Source: Candidatus Poribacteria bacterium
Lineage (GTDB): Bacteria; Poribacteria; WGA-4E; WGA-3G
DNA: 64,000 bases
Reading direction: 5' to 3'
NCBI GenBank assembly: GCA_965116815.1
Contig: OZ220722.1
Location: 2,293,941 to 2,357,940 of the forward strand
Notes under the pieces: generated by a model
Told to the model about the DNA's origin: nothing
The model's database searches: none
What the model saw: the letters and a program-made list of their open reading frames with translations, nothing else
Shown: positions 20,176-29,681 of the stretch, in pieces
How positions within the stretch are numbered: the stretch's first letter is position 1
How the letters are laid out: each line of letters starts with the position of its first letter
Translations under genes and position numbers: made by a program

Positions 20176-21852
20176 ATGGAACTTTCAGGAGCGCAAATCC
20201 TTGTTGACAGTCTCAAGCGGGAAGGTGTCGAATATATCTTCGGTGTGAACGGTGGCGCGGCGATGCCGATTTTCGATGCCCTCTACAGTGAGACCGAGGT
20301 TAAATTGATACCGATGCGGCATGAACAAGGGGCTTCCCACGCCGCTGATGGCTACGCACGTGCCACTGGGGATGTCGGCGTTGCGCTCGCAACTTCCGGT
20401 CCCGGCGCAACGAATCTTGTCACTGGCATCGCAACCGCTTATATGGATTCGATTCCGATGGTTGCGATTACTGGACAGGTTTTCACCCATTATATCGGTA
20501 GCGATGCCTTCCAAGAGTGTGATGTTATCGGCGTAACACGTCCGATCTGTAAACATAGTTACCTTATCACAAGTTGCGATGAGGTAGCAGATGTCGTCGC
20601 TGAAGCGTTTCACATCGCGAAGACCGGAAAACCCGGTCCCGTAATTATTGACATTGCCAAAGACGCGCAGATTCACGAAGCACTGTTTCAATATCCAGAA
20701 ACAGTTGACATCCGTAGTTACAAGCCGCAAGTTCATGGTGATCCAGCACAAATTGCAAAGGCAGCAGCACTGATTAAAGAAGCGAAACGCCCCATGCTTT
20801 ATGCCGGTGGTGGTGTTGTACTCGCCAATGCCAGTGAGGAGCTGCGGCAACTCACTCTCAAAACCCAGATTCCGATTACTGTTACATTAATGGGACTCGG
20901 CGCATTTCCCGAAACGCATCCTTTAGCGATGGAAATGCCCGGAATGCACGGTTCTTGTTGCGCTAATTACGCTTTTACCGACGCTGATCTCGTTATCGCT
21001 ATTGGCGCAAGGTTCGATGACCGCGTTACGGGTGATCTCAGTAAATTCGCACCGAACGCGAAGAAAATCCACATCGATATCGACGCGTCCTGTATTGGAA
21101 AAAATGTACCGGTGGATGTTCCGATCGTAGGTGATGCGAAGAGTGTTCTGACAGAACTGAATAAACAGGTTGAGACAGCAGACATTGACCCATGGCGCGA
21201 CCAGATTCAGGAATGGAAGCAGAAGTACCCGTTTGAGTATGAGCAGAAAGCCGATAAGGTAATGCCGCAATATGTCATTGAGCAGATTTATGAGCATTAC
21301 AGCGATGCCATTGTCGTTGCGGATGTCGGACAGCACCAGATGTGGGCGGCACAATACTTCAAATTCACCGAACCGCGGCAGTGGCTCAACTCCGGCGGTC
21401 TCGGCACGATGGGATTCAGCCTCCCCGCCGCAATCGGTGCGCAGCTCGGATGTCCGGACAAAACCGTTGTCAACATCAACGGAGACGGCTCCTATATCAT
21501 GACGATCCAAGAATTGGTGCCAGCGATTACGATGAAACTGCCGATTAAAGTTTTCATCATCAACAACATGTACCTGGGGATGGTGCGCCAGTGGCAGGAA
21601 TTGTTCCACGGCAAACGCTACTCTGCTGTCGATTACCACGATAATCCGGATTTCGCCTTGCTCGCACAGGCATTCGGTGCCACAGGGCTGCGGGTTGAAC
21701 ACCCAGACGAGGTCGAACCCGCATTACAGAAGGCGAAAGGGATTACCGATGGTCCTGTGGTTATTGATTTCATCGTTGATGAAGAGGAGAATGTGTTCCC
21801 AATGGTGCCAGCGGGTGCTGGACTTGGAGATGTTATCCGCGGGCTATCCTAA
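20176..21852 (+). CDS. ilvB: acetolactate synthase large subunit (biosynthetic, TPP/FAD-dependent)
   Basis: Full-length AHAS large subunit (GPGATNLVTGIATAYMDSIPMV, TPP-binding GDGSY...NN). The start is set at MELSGAQ behind a GAGG RBS. The ORF-track ATG at 20161 is an alternative. Confidence 0.92.
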   Translation: MELSGAQILVDSLKREGVEYIFGVNGGAAMPIFDALYSETEVKLIPMRHEQGASHAADGYARATGDVGVALATSGPGATNLVTGIATAYMDSIPMVAITGQVFTHYIGSDAFQECDVIGVTRPICKHSYLITSCDEVADVVAEAFHIAKTGKPGPVIIDIAKDAQIHEALFQYPETVDIRSYKPQVHGDPAQIAKAAALIKEAKRPMLYAGGGVVLANASEELRQLTLKTQIPITVTLMGLGAFPETHPLAMEMPGMHGSCCANYAFTDADLVIAIGARFDDRVTGDLSKFAPNAKKIHIDIDASCIGKNVPVDVPIVGDAKSVLTELNKQVETADIDPWRDQIQEWKQKYPFEYEQKADKVMPQYVIEQIYEHYSDAIVVADVGQHQMWAAQYFKFTEPRQWLNSGGLGTMGFSLPAAIGAQLGCPDKTVVNINGDGSYIMTIQELVPAITMKLPIKVFIINNMYLGMVRQWQELFHGKRYSAVDYHDNPDFALLAQAFGATGLRVEHPDEVEPALQKAKGITDGPVVIDFIVDEEENVFPMVPAGAGLGDVIRGLS

Positions 21853-21864
21853 TGATTTTAAGGG

Positions 21865-22040
21865 TCGTCAGTTATCGGTTATCAGTTACAAGAGGGTACC
21901 GTTAAACGAGGGGAAACACCCTATCAAAAACACCTCTTAACCGATGACCGAAAGGTTTTTCGGAGAAAAACCGAACCGATAACCGATAACCATAAAACCG
22001 ACAACTGAAAGCCTGCGCAGCAGGCGAACTGAAAACTAAA
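21865..22040. repeat. MITE/REP-like palindromic repeat, copy E2, inserted between ilvB and ilvN. It contains GTCAGTTATCGGTTATCAGTTACAAGAGGGT, the hairpin GGTTTTTCGGAGAAAAACC, the inverted partner AACCGATAACCGATAACC and the hairpin GCCTGCGCAGCAGGC.
   Basis: Same core and hairpin as E1 and E3. It makes a 193-nt spacer between genes that are normally adjacent. Confidence 0.6.
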
Positions 22041-22045
22041 AAAAA

Positions 22046-22546
22046 ATGAATCCAGAAGAACGACACATCTTTTCGGTATTGGTCGAAAACCGATTTGGTG
22101 TCCTTGCCCGTGTGGCAGGACTCTTCAGCGGGCGCGGCTTTAATATCGACAGTCTCAACGTCGCCGAGACGCATGACAAAAGCATTTCGCAGATAACCCT
22201 TGTCACACACGGTGATGCACAGATCATTGAACAGATCTACCACCATTTAAACAGACTCATTGACGTTATTGAGGTGACGGACCTCTCCACGGCTGGAACG
22301 CATGTTGAGCGAGAACTTGTTCTTATCAAGATCGCTACCGATGATCCTCAAAAACGTACCGAAGTTCTACAAGTCGCGGAGGTTTTCCGTGGGCGGGTTA
22401 TAGATATGAAACCCGCCTCCCTCGTCCTCGAAATTACAGGTGATGAGGGTAAATTGAAAGCTGCGATTGATATTTTCAATACGTACGGTATCCTTGAATT
22501 GGCGCGCACCGGCAAAATAGCGATGTTACGCGGATCAGAAAAATAG
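22046..22546 (+). CDS. ilvN: acetolactate synthase small (regulatory) subunit
   Basis: ACT domain start HIFSVLVENRFGVLARVAGLFSGRGFNI. 166 aa. Confidence 0.9.
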   Translation: MNPEERHIFSVLVENRFGVLARVAGLFSGRGFNIDSLNVAETHDKSISQITLVTHGDAQIIEQIYHHLNRLIDVIEVTDLSTAGTHVERELVLIKIATDDPQKRTEVLQVAEVFRGRVIDMKPASLVLEITGDEGKLKAAIDIFNTYGILELARTGKIAMLRGSEK

Positions 22547-22565
22547 GATATAAAGGAATAGACTT

Positions 22566-23558
22566 ATGGCAACGATTTATTACGATAGTGATGCTAATTT
22601 TGATTTACTGAAAGAGCGTACCGTCGCTGTCGTCGGCTACGGTGCGCAGGGTCGCGCCCAATCGCTGAACCTTAAAGACAGCGGTGCAAACGTCGTCGTC
22701 GGGTTATACGAAGGCAGTCGCTCAAAGGAGCGAGCAGAGGCGGAGGGTTTGACCGTCAAAACCGTTGAGGAGGCCGCAGCGATGGCGGACATCGTTCAGG
22801 TCCTCATTCCTGACGAACGCCATGCCGCTGTTTACCGCGACCAGATTGCCCCAAACATGCAGGCAGGAAATATGCTGCTCGTCTCACACGGGTTCAGCGT
22901 CCATTTTGGGCAGATTGTGCCTGCCGGTGATATTGATGTCGCAATGATTGCGCCGAAGGGACCTGGCTCCCTCGTCCGTGAAGTGTTTGAAGGTGGTGGT
23001 GGTGTGCCGTGTCTTATCGCTATCCATCAAGATACCACGGGTCTCGCGCGCGATGTGGCACTTGCCTATGCCAGAGGCATCGGTGGCACACGTTCAGGGG
23101 TTATTGAAACCACATTTCGTGAGGAAACCGAAACCGACCTCTTCGGTGAACAAGCCGTCCTCTGTGGTGGAACTGCTGCACTCATTAAAGCCGCCTTTGA
23201 CACACTCGTCGAAGCCGGTTACCAGCCGGAAATGGCTTATTTTGAGTGTCTCCACGAACTCAAGTTGATTGTTGACTTGATTTACTCTGGCGGATTGAGC
23301 AAAATGCGGAATGATATTAGCAATACCGCCGAATTCGGAGACCTCACACGTGGTCCGCAGATTATTGACGACAACGTCCGAGACAAGATGCGCCAAATCT
23401 TAAAGGACGTGCAAGAAGGTGTCTTCGCACGAGAATGGGTTTTGGAGAACGAGGCGAACCAACCCGTGTTGGGTGCGCTCCGCCGGCAGGAAGAAGAACT
23501 CAAAATAGAAGAGGTCGGCAAGAACCTGCGCAGCATGATGAGTTGGCTTGACGAGTAG
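22566..23558 (+). CDS. ilvC: ketol-acid reductoisomerase (class I)
   Basis: Rossmann motif [17 protein letters not shown] plus the KARI C-terminal domain. Confidence 0.93.
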   Translation: MATIYYDSDANFDLLKERTVAVVGYGAQGRAQSLNLKDSGANVVVGLYEGSRSKERAEAEGLTVKTVEEAAAMADIVQVLIPDERHAAVYRDQIAPNMQAGNMLLVSHGFSVHFGQIVPAGDIDVAMIAPKGPGSLVREVFEGGGGVPCLIAIHQDTTGLARDVALAYARGIGGTRSGVIETTFREETETDLFGEQAVLCGGTAALIKAAFDTLVEAGYQPEMAYFECLHELKLIVDLIYSGGLSKMRNDISNTAEFGDLTRGPQIIDDNVRDKMRQILKDVQEGVFAREWVLENEANQPVLGALRRQEEELKIEEVGKNLRSMMSWLDE

Positions 23559-23613
23559 ACTGTCCCTTCCCAAACCCTGGTAGGTGTGGTTTCTAACCGC
23601 ATCGATCACAACA

Positions 23614-24060
23614 ATGGATGTATCCGACAACACGAATACCCATCCAGATCCATTCTTCATTCGCGAGTGCCGCCCCGAAGAGGCGGAAGCACTTCTCGGG
23701 TTGTGGCAAGTTGCTGGCACCTCTCCGAGCGTCACAGATACAATCACGGACATCCGAAACACGATAGAAAGCCCCGCATTCGTGCTGATTGCTGAGGCAG
23801 ATCGATGCATTGTTGGCTCTTTAATCGCCACTTTTGATGGATGGCGCGGGAACATGTATCGGATCGCAGTTCACCCTGACTACCGACGGCGTGGTATTGG
23901 ACGCGCCTTAGTCAAGGAAGGCGAGAGATATTTGGTGAAACAGGGTGCTAAACGCATCACTGCACTCGTGGAGGAGAAGTATCCAAGGGCTGCCGCGTTC
24001 TGGTCGAGTGTCGGGTATGAGATAGAACCTGGGATAATAAGATTTTTCCGCAATCCCTGA
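23614..24060 (+). CDS. GNAT family N-acetyltransferase
   Basis: Acetyl-CoA-binding motif RRRGIGRALV. The start is uncertain. The ORF-track GTG at 23584 is an alternative. Confidence 0.6.
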   Translation: MDVSDNTNTHPDPFFIRECRPEEAEALLGLWQVAGTSPSVTDTITDIRNTIESPAFVLIAEADRCIVGSLIATFDGWRGNMYRIAVHPDYRRRGIGRALVKEGERYLVKQGAKRITALVEEKYPRAAAFWSSVGYEIEPGIIRFFRNP

Positions 24061-24107
24061 AGTAATGGGAGGCACACAGTGTGTGCCGTTGCGTAAGGAG
24101 GTTAGTC

Positions 24108-25229
24108 GTGGAATTTAGAGGACATCTACTGGACAACACCTTCAAAAGCGTTTACGGGCTTGCCGTCGCCGATATAAACGGAGACGGACAACTTGACATC
24201 ATCGCTGGCTCTACAGGTGAACCGATCATTGCTTGGTATGAGGCCCCTCACTGGAAAAGGCATCTCGTGACTGATCAGGGCAGCGGACATATCACTATTG
24301 CGCCTTATGATCTGACCGATAACGGCACACCTGACCTCATTGTAGGGAGCGGCTTCAATCGTGGGGTAAACGCTGCGGGTGGCTACCTCCACTGGCTTGA
24401 GGCACCGGCGCAAGACGGACAAAACTGGAAGAGCCACCACATCGCCGATGTTCCTTTCATCCACCGCATCGCATTGGCGAATTTCTCTGAAAATACATCA
24501 ATCCCTTTCCTCATCGTCGCTTCAATCCGCGGTGAAGACGGCAAACCCAGTGAATGGCATAGTCCCGGTTCGCTTTGGTGCTATGAACTCTCAGATACCC
24601 CACAAGACACAAATTCTTGGCACTTCCATCTCCTTGACGATTCCCTCCACATCAACCACGGCTTGAGTATCAACGATGTTGACCAAGATGGTCGCGATGA
24701 TGTCTTAATCAGTTGCACAGAAGGATTGATCTGGTATGAACCGCCTGCTAACCCAATGACTGACGACTGGGGTAAGTGGATTATTAGTGACCGTGAGTGT
24801 AGTGATGCATTCGCCGCAGACATTGATGGGGACGGTATCAACGAAATTTTAGGTATTGAGCCGTGGCACGGGAACAATCTCGTCTGGTATAAAGCCACTG
24901 GTGATCTACGTACCGATCCGTGGGAGCGTCACCTCATTGATGATACGCTCAATCGCGGACACTCCCTCGCTGCTGTTGATGTTGATGGCGACGGTGTACT
25001 TGAGATCGTCTGTGGATACAACGGCGAAGGCACAAGCCTTCACCTCTACCGTCCGGAGGATTTGGAACATAACCACTGGCGTAAAGAGACGATTGACGAT
25101 GGTGGTTTGGGTGTTGGACAGATGCATGTCTTAGATATGAACGGAAACGGTAGGTTGGACATCGTCGCGAGCGGTCTCAGTACAGGGAATGTCAAATGGT
25201 ATGAAAACCAATTTTATAATGAATTATAA
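24108..25229 (+). CDS. FG-GAP/VCBS repeat beta-propeller protein
   Basis: Repeated D.NGDG..DI/V...G motifs. GTG start behind an AAGGAGG RBS. Confidence 0.6.
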   Translation: MEFRGHLLDNTFKSVYGLAVADINGDGQLDIIAGSTGEPIIAWYEAPHWKRHLVTDQGSGHITIAPYDLTDNGTPDLIVGSGFNRGVNAAGGYLHWLEAPAQDGQNWKSHHIADVPFIHRIALANFSENTSIPFLIVASIRGEDGKPSEWHSPGSLWCYELSDTPQDTNSWHFHLLDDSLHINHGLSINDVDQDGRDDVLISCTEGLIWYEPPANPMTDDWGKWIISDRECSDAFAADIDGDGINEILGIEPWHGNNLVWYKATGDLRTDPWERHLIDDTLNRGHSLAAVDVDGDGVLEIVCGYNGEGTSLHLYRPEDLEHNHWRKETIDDGGLGVGQMHVLDMNGNGRLDIVASGLSTGNVKWYENQFYNEL

Positions 25230-25346
25230 AAGTGAAGTGCCTATCGTAAAATTAACAAATTGAAGGACTTATAATGGAATGGTTTGCAATTTCTATGTTA
25301 GTCATATTTCTCACAGGGCTCGGCATAGTCGCTGGGACTGCTATAA

Positions 25347-25826
25347 GTGTACTGCCAGGTCTGGGTAGGCGATATTACCTACGTCAGACTCAAGGGGCAC
25401 TTCGTCTATGTGAGTCTACTCATGGATGTCTTCACTCGCAGGATCAGAGGGTGGCAGGTGAGTCGACACCTGACCCAGCCGCTGACTTTGAGACCTTTAG
25501 AGCAAGCATTACGCCAAAGCGTCCCGGAGATCCATCACTCTGATCAAGGCGTTGAGTATCTTTCAAATGTCTATCTCTCGACGCTCACAGAGCATGGCGT
25601 TGAGATTTCTGTCGCCCGTCGCGGATGTCCTTGGGAGAACGGGTATGCTGAGAGACTCATCCGCACGCTCAAGGAGGAAGAAGTTTACCTAAATGACTAT
25701 CAGAACATTCACGAAGTGAAAGTCCGCATTGGGCATTTTATCACACAGGTGTATCATCAGAAACGCCCACATTCGGCGTTAGGGTATTTGACACCTATCG
25801 AATTCGAGCAGCAAAACTTGGATTAA
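25347..25826 (+). pseudogene. IS3-family transposase OrfB remnant (integrase catalytic core only; N-terminus and OrfA missing)
   Basis: WVGDITYV...HSDQG.EY...CPWENGYAERLIRTLKEE matches the IS3 DDE core. Only about 160 aa remain. No HTH/OrfA is left, and no obvious IRs. Confidence 0.75.
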
Positions 25827-26019
25827 CTTTGCTAATTTTTGGTCTAAATAAACGTTGGCACTTCAAAGGAATGCCTACAAAGATTAGGATTTACGCAGAT
25901 CCTATAAACGACAGATTAGTAACGGGTTAAAATCCCCAATAGATTATTAGATCGTTAGAGGAACGGACCCGTCCAAGCCAGATGTCTATGAAACAAAATT
26001 TTATGAAAGGATTCAACAA

Positions 26020-27918
26020 ATGGAAAAAAAAGAACTACCCCGGATCACAACACTGAATGAGTTTATAGAATGGGTAGAGCGGTTAAAAGAGCAAGTAGAA
26101 CAATCAAATCTCGGAAAATGTTTATTTCGAGGTCTATCAAAAAGAGAGTACTCAATAGAAGCATCCGCTTGGCGTCGATTGAAGCGTGAAGCAGAAAAAA
26201 ATAACCTTGAGATATTCCTTGAAATTAATACCAGTTTAATCAATGATGCTCGCCTGCATGAACACGACCACAGAAACGGACGTGAACTAAAGGACTTGGA
26301 AATACTTGCTGAACTCCAGCATTTCCGAGTAGCAACATGCCTGATAGACTTTACCTATAGTGCTCAAGTTGCGCTCTGGTTTGCCTGTCAATCATCTTAT
26401 AAAAATCCACCAGATTCTGAGGAATTGGCAGACGGTAAAGTTAGTGTGGTGTTTGATAATACAAGTAAAATTAAACAAATTACACCGGATTTGCTCAACG
26501 AAGAGATTAATTCCTTCTTCGAGACCAACGAAGATGGTATATATCCCCTTTATCAATGGCAGCCAAGGCAGCTGAACAACCGTATTTTTCCGCAGTATTC
26601 CGTTTTTTTATTTGGTGGTGACAGAATTATTGAACCAGATGAAGGATGCATCATTGCAGCAGGTAGTAAACAAAAAATCCTAACTTCTCTCGAAGATTTC
26701 TCACAGACTACTGAAGCAACTCTGTTTCCTGATTTTGAGGGTTTCGTGTATCAGCGAACTCAGGAAAGGCCCTACAATGTCCCTGATTATAAGGAATACG
26801 GTTATCGGGCTTACCAAAATCGTCAATACCAGGAAGCTATTACCTATTGTGACGAGGCCATTAAGAAAAATCCTGATGATGTAGAGGCTTATAAATTGCG
26901 CGGAGATGCGAAGGTTCGCCTAGAGCAGTATACAGAAGCTATTGCTGACTTTGATGACGTGCTCAACAGGGATCCTGATATGGCATCTGCCTACTACTCT
27001 AGGGGAGCTGCAAATTACTTCTTGTATCAAAACGAATCAGCCGTTGCTGACTTTGATGATGCTATCCGTTTAGACTCCAATGATAGACGTTCCTATAAAT
27101 TACGCGGAGATGTGAAGCGGGATCTTGGTCGCTTTGAGGATGCGAGGAACGATTATCAAACAGCATTGGAACTTGCTTTGCAGGTTGACGATACTTTTCT
27201 TATAGCAAGTATTACGCCTGCCCTTCATGAAATTGATTCGCGTATCACTGAAGGAGGGTATTGGACACCAGAAAGGTTTGAAGCACTAGTTCCTGAGCAG
27301 TTTAGGCAACTTTATGAAGCCAAAAACAGAGATGGAGAATTATATAGTTTGGGGGCAGATCTGCAAACGTTTTTTCATAAACAGGGTTGGGAATTAAGCC
27401 ACCGATTTAGTGTAAAGCATATTTTCTTTTTTGCTAAAGATAGACGGCTTTTTGGCATAAATCTATTTTCGTCGCTTCCAAGACTTACTTTCTGCGATGT
27501 GTCAGAAGAAGAAGCCAGAGCTATTGTCCCTCAATATGGCTTTACTGCTTACCCTCAATATTCACAATTGGTGTGTCAGCGAGGCCCGAGCGTAGAAGAC
27601 CTTCGACCACTTTTTGAATTTGTCTATAGGCAACATATAATGCCACTATGGGAAGATCAGGAAATTGTGGATGCCCTTAAGCATATTCTGGAAAATTACG
27701 ATTACTTAGAATATGATGAAGAAGCCTCAGAACGTACTAATGGATTACGGGTTAAAGTAACTCGTTTAGAGGCAAATCGCGATTTTTCCGTTACAGGTCA
27801 TATTTGTAGGGTATTAGAGCAATCTACTGGAAGACGTTTCTTCGTTCCTAGTGTTGTTGGGCACAGCTTTCAGAATTGGGAAACAGAGTGGACATATTTC
27901 ACTGTGCGTGAATGGTAA
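26020..27918 (+). CDS. FRG-domain protein fused to TPR repeats and a C-terminal unknown domain
   Basis: The N-terminal CLFRGLSKREY...ELQHFRVATCLIDFTYSAQVALWFA matches the FRG-domain signature. The central AYKLRGDAKVRLEQYTEAIADFDDVL... segment is TPR repeats. The last ~270 aa are unassigned. Confidence 0.55.
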   Translation: MEKKELPRITTLNEFIEWVERLKEQVEQSNLGKCLFRGLSKREYSIEASAWRRLKREAEKNNLEIFLEINTSLINDARLHEHDHRNGRELKDLEILAELQHFRVATCLIDFTYSAQVALWFACQSSYKNPPDSEELADGKVSVVFDNTSKIKQITPDLLNEEINSFFETNEDGIYPLYQWQPRQLNNRIFPQYSVFLFGGDRIIEPDEGCIIAAGSKQKILTSLEDFSQTTEATLFPDFEGFVYQRTQERPYNVPDYKEYGYRAYQNRQYQEAITYCDEAIKKNPDDVEAYKLRGDAKVRLEQYTEAIADFDDVLNRDPDMASAYYSRGAANYFLYQNESAVADFDDAIRLDSNDRRSYKLRGDVKRDLGRFEDARNDYQTALELALQVDDTFLIASITPALHEIDSRITEGGYWTPERFEALVPEQFRQLYEAKNRDGELYSLGADLQTFFHKQGWELSHRFSVKHIFFFAKDRRLFGINLFSSLPRLTFCDVSEEEARAIVPQYGFTAYPQYSQLVCQRGPSVEDLRPLFEFVYRQHIMPLWEDQEIVDALKHILENYDYLEYDEEASERTNGLRVKVTRLEANRDFSVTGHICRVLEQSTGRRFFVPSVVGHSFQNWETEWTYFTVREW

Positions 27919-28198
27919 CTATAAGATGAGTTTTTTCGCTCGTAAATTGACACTTAAACGAACTGCTGCTTCCATTTCCAGAGCTGGTCTTAATTGAGGT
28001 TATGGGGTTTCCGACACAGTTCCGCTTGTGAACTTTCACCGCGGAGTGCCTCAAGAACGACCCCTGCTTTAAAGTCGGTGGTGAAGTTTCTTCGTTTTCG
28101 TTTCGCCATCGGAGACTCCCTTCAATGAGATTGTTATCATATCACAATCTTGGTTTAGACAGTAGCCCAAATTTCCGATGGCAGTACATAGAATCCAG

Positions 28199-29680
28199 TT
28201 AGTTAAAGGCGTTAGCGATTAGGACGAGATCGAGGATATTAACCACTCCGTCAGCGTTAACATCTGCTTGTCCGCCTGGCTCGCCCAGTGAATTAGCAGT
28301 AAGCACTAAATCAAGGATATTGACATCCCCATCGGCGTTGATATCAAGTCTATTGTCTTTTAGGTATATCTCGCCGTCTAAGTCTGGAATGATGTGTTTG
28401 GTGCCGCCAAATCCGCTCGCTTTGCCGCTTACGTGCGATCCAAACCTGATTTCCTGCTCACTACCGCTACGGTTGTACACAACCCAACCTCGTGCGAATT
28501 CTCGGATAAATAAGCCTTCTCGATTGTCGTAAAGTTGGGATTTCGCGCCGATCGGTTCACCGAGATCGACGTCATAAAAATCATACCAGTATTTCTCGTG
28601 GGTATGACCATGAGGCACACCTAATTCATGCTCATGAGTATGACCTTCCCATATTTCGTATTGATGATTATGTGTAGGCGAAATAATACCAGGCACAAAA
28701 GATACATACCCATCAGAATGCGTGAGCCCTAACGCTATGATGGCTCGTGCTTGTTGATAGTTATTTGGTGCATTTAAGGATTCGGTTGGCATCCCCCAAC
28801 CTTCCAAGCAATTAACCTGTGGGTATCTTAAGTTGGTTTCGTACCACGATAACGCATGTTCTATACCTATCAATTCCTCGTGGGTATACCCGTCTATGCC
28901 AGAGGTAACTTCCATGAACGCACCGTTCACATAAGGAGCGGAACGTGGTATCTTGCGTGTGTTCGTGTTGACAATGATAAGAAAATCGTCGCCAACGTAT
29001 TCACGTATCCGTTTTACGAGTTCGACAATAGCGTCTGTTCTATCGCCGTGGTAGTATTTAGCGACCAGATCGCTCCCGACATCGAATACAAGTTCTTCGC
29101 TCCACCAATCCATGAAAATACCATCATGCAGTCCGCAATCAGCAATCGCTTTCGCACGTTTTGCGAAATGATCGATTGCACCTGGCAAAGTGTAATCGAT
29201 GAGATAGATATGAGACCATCCGGCATCCGTGAGCCTGTTGCCGTTCTCGTCTCTCAACCAATACTCCCAATCGTCTGGATAGTGGTCTCCGCTCACACCA
29301 TAATGGTTTAACGAGGCGATGTATAAAAAATTAGGATTAATTTCGTGCAATTCATTTATTAATCCTATATCATACTGAGTCCCACCATCAACGGTGACAA
29401 TTTGTGAGTGGTCGATATTCCAATGCAAGCCCCTAAACAACCCGCTCCAAAACAAGTCGTGGTACGAATACATCTCTTTTGTGTATCCCCATTCCCAAAT
29501 ATCATCTGGTCTGTCATGGTTAATAATACTATGGTGCCATGCACCAAAGACAGACGGGAAGGTTCGGTTTTCGACCCGACTAATCACGTTGTTCCGTTCA
29601 ACAATACATACTTCTTCGCTATAAACCAAGCCACACACTAAAAACACGAACACTGCTATCAACACTAATTTTTTAAACAT
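28199..29680 (-). CDS. secreted protein with a putative glycoside-hydrolase-like (TIM-barrel) domain and a C-terminal type-I dockerin repeat pair
   Basis: Signal peptide MFKKLVLIAVFVFLVCG. The C-terminus DINADGDVNILDLVLTANSLG...DVNADGVVNILDLVLIANAF is a duplicated dockerin Ca-binding repeat. Confidence 0.55.
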   Translation of the reverse strand: MFKKLVLIAVFVFLVCGLVYSEEVCIVERNNVISRVENRTFPSVFGAWHHSIINHDRPDDIWEWGYTKEMYSYHDLFWSGLFRGLHWNIDHSQIVTVDGGTQYDIGLINELHEINPNFLYIASLNHYGVSGDHYPDDWEYWLRDENGNRLTDAGWSHIYLIDYTLPGAIDHFAKRAKAIADCGLHDGIFMDWWSEELVFDVGSDLVAKYYHGDRTDAIVELVKRIREYVGDDFLIIVNTNTRKIPRSAPYVNGAFMEVTSGIDGYTHEELIGIEHALSWYETNLRYPQVNCLEGWGMPTESLNAPNNYQQARAIIALGLTHSDGYVSFVPGIISPTHNHQYEIWEGHTHEHELGVPHGHTHEKYWYDFYDVDLGEPIGAKSQLYDNREGLFIREFARGWVVYNRSGSEQEIRFGSHVSGKASGFGGTKHIIPDLDGEIYLKDNRLDINADGDVNILDLVLTANSLGEPGGQADVNADGVVNILDLVLIANAFN

Positions 29681-29681
29681 T

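Noticed and set aside
20923-21702. Long antisense ORFs inside strongly supported genes (259 aa in ilvB; 191 aa at 6942-7517 and 137 aa at 6326-6739 in ilvD; 219 aa at 13641-14300 over the metG start; 145 aa at 9480-9917 in the thiolase; 271 aa at 53864-54679 in the subtilase; 289 aa at 55466-56335 in the TPP enzyme)
   Set aside because: They lie entirely opposite highly conserved, full-length coding sequences, lack RBS support, and have low-complexity or Arg/Ser-rich compositions typical of GC-skewed antisense frames.
25876-25890. 15-mer TTAGGATTTACGCAG shared between 25876 and 49381. Suspected IS end or repeat.
   Set aside because: No similarity extends beyond the 15 nt. One or two exact 15-mer matches are expected by chance in a 64-kb window when both strands are considered.
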